Origin: Dethiosulfovibrio faecalis
GTDB taxonomy: Bacteria; Synergistota; Synergistia; Synergistales; Dethiosulfovibrionaceae
NCBI RefSeq assembly: GCF_021568795.1
Contig: NZ_JAKGUE010000015.1
Span: 1 to 59,943, forward strand
Direction: 5' to 3'
Length of the DNA stretch: 59,943 nt
Position 1 is the stretch's first letter. Each line of letters begins with the position of its first letter. Made by a program: the position numbers and the translations under genes. A model generated the notes under the pieces. The model worked only from the letters and a program-made list of their open reading frames with translations. It ran no database searches and was not told the origin of the DNA. Shown one piece after another: positions 56,969 to 59,943 of the stretch.

Positions 56969-57881
56969 GAACGGGATCCCCTTCCAGATCTCGTAACCCC
57001 GACAGAAAATCCTCCCAACCCTCCCAGGTACTCTTCCAACGAGGCACGGGAAATCTACAGTTCTCAGAGATATCGACGACAGGCCATAGTCCCTGCTCCC
57101 CTAGATAGCGCTGAAAATCCTCGTCCATCAGCAAACGAAGAACCTCCTCCGAGAGGTCCGACGAAGCGTAACGACTCCAGGCCAAGACCTGAGGCAGAGG
57201 AACCGCTCCCTCGGAGACGGGAAGAATCTCCACCCTCCTCTGTTTCGCCATAGCAGAGAAGGAGACGTTGGATATCCCCATTTGGAACTCTCCCCTGGCA
57301 ACGGCCTGGATAATCTCAACGGGGGATCCACCAAACGAAAGCCCTTCGAGAAATAGAGGGAATTCGTCGGGCCAGGTCTTTTTCAGATAGGCCAGAACGA
57401 TCTTTGTTATGGGGGTATTCCCGTCCGGGAACAGGACCCCTTTTCTACGTCTAACCAGATCGTACCATGAACCGCTCAAAGCCTCGGGGCGAACCATACC
57501 CACGTTGTATATCGGTACCATTGGGACGACGAATACGGGATGAAGCCTCCTCGACGGATCCTCAAAGGAAGCCGATCCCGGATGAAGCGAGGGATTCCCC
57601 GTCCAAGACGGCCGAGGCAAAAGGAGATCCTCCCACTCATCGTTCAAAACCGAGAAATAGCTCCCGTGAGATAACATGACATCGGGAAGCTCCCCGTTTG
57701 AAATGCTTTCCAGCAACCAGTTTCTGGAGTGATCGAATCCAGGATTTTTGAAGGCAACGACCTGCCCCGTTCTGCTCTCGAAATCCATGAGCCGCTCCTT
57801 GAGATAGTCGACAATGTATCGTCTGGTGTTGATCGCTGTATGTATAAGAAAATCGGCCATCGATATCACCTTCCTTTTCAA
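56961..57881 (-). CDS. Solute-binding-protein-like (type 2 periplasmic-binding fold) protein lacking a signal peptide
   Basis: 306 aa. Pattern resembles ABC extracellular solute-binding proteins, but there is no hydrophobic N-terminal leader. Confidence 0.4.
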   Translation of the reverse strand: MKRKVISMADFLIHTAINTRRYIVDYLKERLMDFESRTGQVVAFKNPGFDHSRNWLLESISNGELPDVMLSHGSYFSVLNDEWEDLLLPRPSWTGNPSLHPGSASFEDPSRRLHPVFVVPMVPIYNVGMVRPEALSGSWYDLVRRRKGVLFPDGNTPITKIVLAYLKKTWPDEFPLFLEGLSFGGSPVEIIQAVARGEFQMGISNVSFSAMAKQRRVEILPVSEGAVPLPQVLAWSRYASSDLSEEVLRLLMDEDFQRYLGEQGLWPVVDISENCRFPVPRWKSTWEGWEDFLSGLRDLEGDPVHA

Positions 57882-57906
57882 TTTTCACTTTAGCCTCACC
57901 GCTTCA

Positions 57907-58911
57907 TCATTTTCTAAAGAGAAGGAGAATGAAGAAAGGCGCTCCCAGAACAGCTGTAACTACACCGACCGAAAGCTCCACGGGTTGAAAAATGGTCCTT
58001 GCCAAGGTATCCGAAAGGACCAGTAATATACCGCCGAGAAGAGCGCTAAGCACGAGAGAGTATCTACAATCGTTGCCTACCATAAGTCTGGCCAAATGAG
58101 GAGCCATCAATCCCACGAACCCTATTGTTCCCACCACGCTGACGGCACTTCCGGCAAGAATAGAGGCAACCGCCATGATGACTACCCTATAGAATTGGAC
58201 CCTTAGCCCAAGACTGCCGCCTATTTCATCGCCCAGGGAAAAGAGATTGACCTTTGGGGCCAGGGAAATTCCAAGAATAATTCCGATAAGACTGTAGGGA
58301 TATAGAAGATGAAAATAACCCCATCCCCTACCGGATAAGCTACCCAAGAGCCAACCGTAGGTCACATCGAGCTGATCGTTGTTCAAAAACATCAACCCTG
58401 AGGTCAGAGCGCCTAAAAGAGAGGAGACCGCCACGCCAGCCAATATGATCCTGACCGTGTCACCTTTACGGACCACCAGGGATAATCCATAGACCAAAGA
58501 CGCAGCGAAAAGGGCACCCAAAAAAGCTCCAGGAGGAATCCATTCTATCTTCCCGGGAAAGAGGACCATAACAGTCACGGCCATGAGACCCGCTCCGGCG
58601 TTAACTCCTATGATATGGGGAGAGGTCAAGGGATTCCGCAACACTCCCTGCAAGAGAGCACCGGCGACAGCGAGGTTCATTCCCGCAAGGAGAGCCGTTA
58701 AGATCCGAGGGAGGCGGATGTTATGGACGATCCTGTTGGCCAGAGGATTGGAACTCGCTCCGGAAAGAGCCCTCCAGATCTCCCCCAAATCAAAAGATAG
58801 GGTTCCTGCCGCCACCCCGATCAGACATACCATAAAGACCACCGCCAAACATAGGCATATAACCGCCAATTTATCCGTTCCTCTTCCAGAGACATCGATA
58901 CGAAACATCAA
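57907..58911 (-). CDS. FecCD-family ABC permease (BtuC-like)
   Basis: 334 aa, ~9 TM, FecCD profile. 4-nt overlap with the ATPase. Confidence 0.85.
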   Translation of the reverse strand: MMFRIDVSGRGTDKLAVICLCLAVVFMVCLIGVAAGTLSFDLGEIWRALSGASSNPLANRIVHNIRLPRILTALLAGMNLAVAGALLQGVLRNPLTSPHIIGVNAGAGLMAVTVMVLFPGKIEWIPPGAFLGALFAASLVYGLSLVVRKGDTVRIILAGVAVSSLLGALTSGLMFLNNDQLDVTYGWLLGSLSGRGWGYFHLLYPYSLIGIILGISLAPKVNLFSLGDEIGGSLGLRVQFYRVVIMAVASILAGSAVSVVGTIGFVGLMAPHLARLMVGNDCRYSLVLSALLGGILLVLSDTLARTIFQPVELSVGVVTAVLGAPFFILLLFRK

Positions 58912-59777
58912 TACGACTGGGAGACGGGACTATTCTCGACCCCGGGACAACATTCAGAAATACGCCCAGGGCAACGTAGATCACCAAACGGCACCACAAC
59001 CGGCCTACGACATTTCTTGAACCTACACACGTGGGTACCTACGCCGAAAACCTCACGAATCGATCGTTCGTTGATGACCTGCTCCAAGCGTCCCGCACTG
59101 TGAATCCTCCCATCTTTGAGAAGGTAGATAAAATCGGATATCTCAAGAGCATGATTGATATCGTGAAAAACCGAGACCACCGTCTTTCCGAAACTATCCC
59201 TCAGATCCCTCAGCACAGCCAACAACTCCCACTGGAACTTCAGATCCATGTAGGTCACAGGCTCGTCCAAAAGAACTATGGAAGTATCCTGGGCCAAGAT
59301 CATGGCTATCCAAGCCCTCTGCCTCTCTCCTCCGGAAAGCTCTTCCACCGATCTGTCGGCTATCTCCATAAGACTCATATATTCCAAAGCCCAAGACATC
59401 TTCTGGCGATCTTCCTCGGAGAAAAACCATCCTGATCTGTGATAGGGGCTCCTTCCCATTCCCACCAATTCGTATACAGACATGGACGGCACCTTGTCCT
59501 GAGCCTGAGGCAAAAACGCAATCAACCGTGACAACTCCCGAGAAGAATATTCCTCTAAAGCCCTTCCCATAATGCGGACACCTCTGTTCGAGACAGGGAG
59601 GAGACCACATAGACAACGAAGGAGGGTCGATTTGCCCGATCCATTGGGACCGATGAGAGAAATTATCCGTCCCCTAGAAGCGGAAAAGGAAATATTCCTG
59701 AGGATGGGCTCTCCTCCGTAATCGAAATCAAGGCCTTTTACTTCCAACACGTAGATCATCTCCTTCCAAAACATCAT
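58908..59777 (-). CDS. Iron-complex/cobalamin-type ABC ATP-binding protein (FecE/BtuD-like)
   Basis: Walker A GPNGSGKSTLL, signature LSGGERQRA, Walker B VLLDEP. Confidence 0.85.
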   Translation of the reverse strand: MMFWKEMIYVLEVKGLDFDYGGEPILRNISFSASRGRIISLIGPNGSGKSTLLRCLCGLLPVSNRGVRIMGRALEEYSSRELSRLIAFLPQAQDKVPSMSVYELVGMGRSPYHRSGWFFSEEDRQKMSWALEYMSLMEIADRSVEELSGGERQRAWIAMILAQDTSIVLLDEPVTYMDLKFQWELLAVLRDLRDSFGKTVVSVFHDINHALEISDFIYLLKDGRIHSAGRLEQVINERSIREVFGVGTHVCRFKKCRRPVVVPFGDLRCPGRISECCPGVENSPVSQSY

Positions 59778-59943
59778 CCAGCACAGACCATGTTTAAGAA
59801 CACTACACTAGTTAGAAGAGCAAAACAACATGAAGAGTACCAAGAATAAGAGAATAAGTCAACTTATCGAAAAAACTACGACGAAAACAAAAAACAAGGC
59901 GCCCCTAGCTGCGTTTTTATGCCGGATCGGGGGCGGAAACATA

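Noticed and set aside
59778-59943. Cobalamin riboswitch upstream of the BtuCD-like operon at the window edge.
   Set aside because: No B12-box-like sequence (rAGYCMGgAgaCCkGCc) is present in the 166 nt available. The region is truncated by the window end, so absence is not conclusive.
1-59943. Searched for CRISPR repeats, tRNA-like T-loop motifs (GGTTCGAATCC-type), rRNA, IS or transposase, integrase and phage genes.
   Set aside because: None found. Intergenic regions are short and explained by terminators or promoters. No direct-repeat arrays were seen.

Overview
This 59.9-kb window is bacterial chromosomal DNA that is densely coding on both strands. It carries about 57 protein genes. I found no rRNA, tRNA, CRISPR array, transposase, integrase or phage gene. 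Gene content and codon bias (GC-rich, with many AGG/AGA Arg and ATA Ile codons) suggest an anaerobic amino-acid/organic-acid fermenter, possibly Synergistota-like, but that assignment is low confidence.

Recognisable modules, in order along the window:
- An SPFH membrane protein and a short-form (6-TM) P1B-type metal ATPase, divergent from a feoA-feoB-Cys-rich-protein-peroxiredoxin unit.
- An aminotransferase, an EamA transporter, and a minus-strand operon X(unknown, 416 aa)-lysC-asd-hom-patatin.
- A cluster of acidic protein, stand-alone DnaJ-type zinc finger and secreted protein.
- A CobT-like protein, a COG2509 flavoprotein, and a FecBCDE-type importer translationally coupled to a TrmO/TsaA-like gene.
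- nudC and a solitary trpB, which is preceded by a Trp leader-peptide attenuator that I could read directly in the sequence.
- An MFS transporter, an Fe-ADH, and a non-canonical folate pterin branch: PTPS-III-like QueD, N-extended FolP, and a FolK-FolE2 fusion.
- A DUF362-ferredoxin protein, a tail-anchored unknown protein, a GntR regulator and an M23 peptidase.
- A dCache_1 chemoreceptor, then an amino-acid:cation symporter with glutaminase.
- A citrate fermentation cluster: citX, citF, citE, citD, a 2-HCT transporter and a CitM-like malic enzyme. citC and citG are absent from the cluster.
- A flagellin-like unknown gene, a secreted FAD oxidoreductase, a GltD-like oxidoreductase, and an operon of ArsR + orphan CitB-family response regulator + ABC-2 exporter.
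- A 7-gene cassette combining a BtuCD/FecCDE-type importer, two binding proteins (one without a signal peptide), a SAM methyltransferase, a UreG/HypB-like G3E GTPase with a CxxCxPH metal motif, and an atypical N-extended ABC ATPase. This is the most plausible candidate for an undescribed metal-handling system.

Several rho-independent terminators and near-consensus sigma-70 promoters are visible directly in the sequence.
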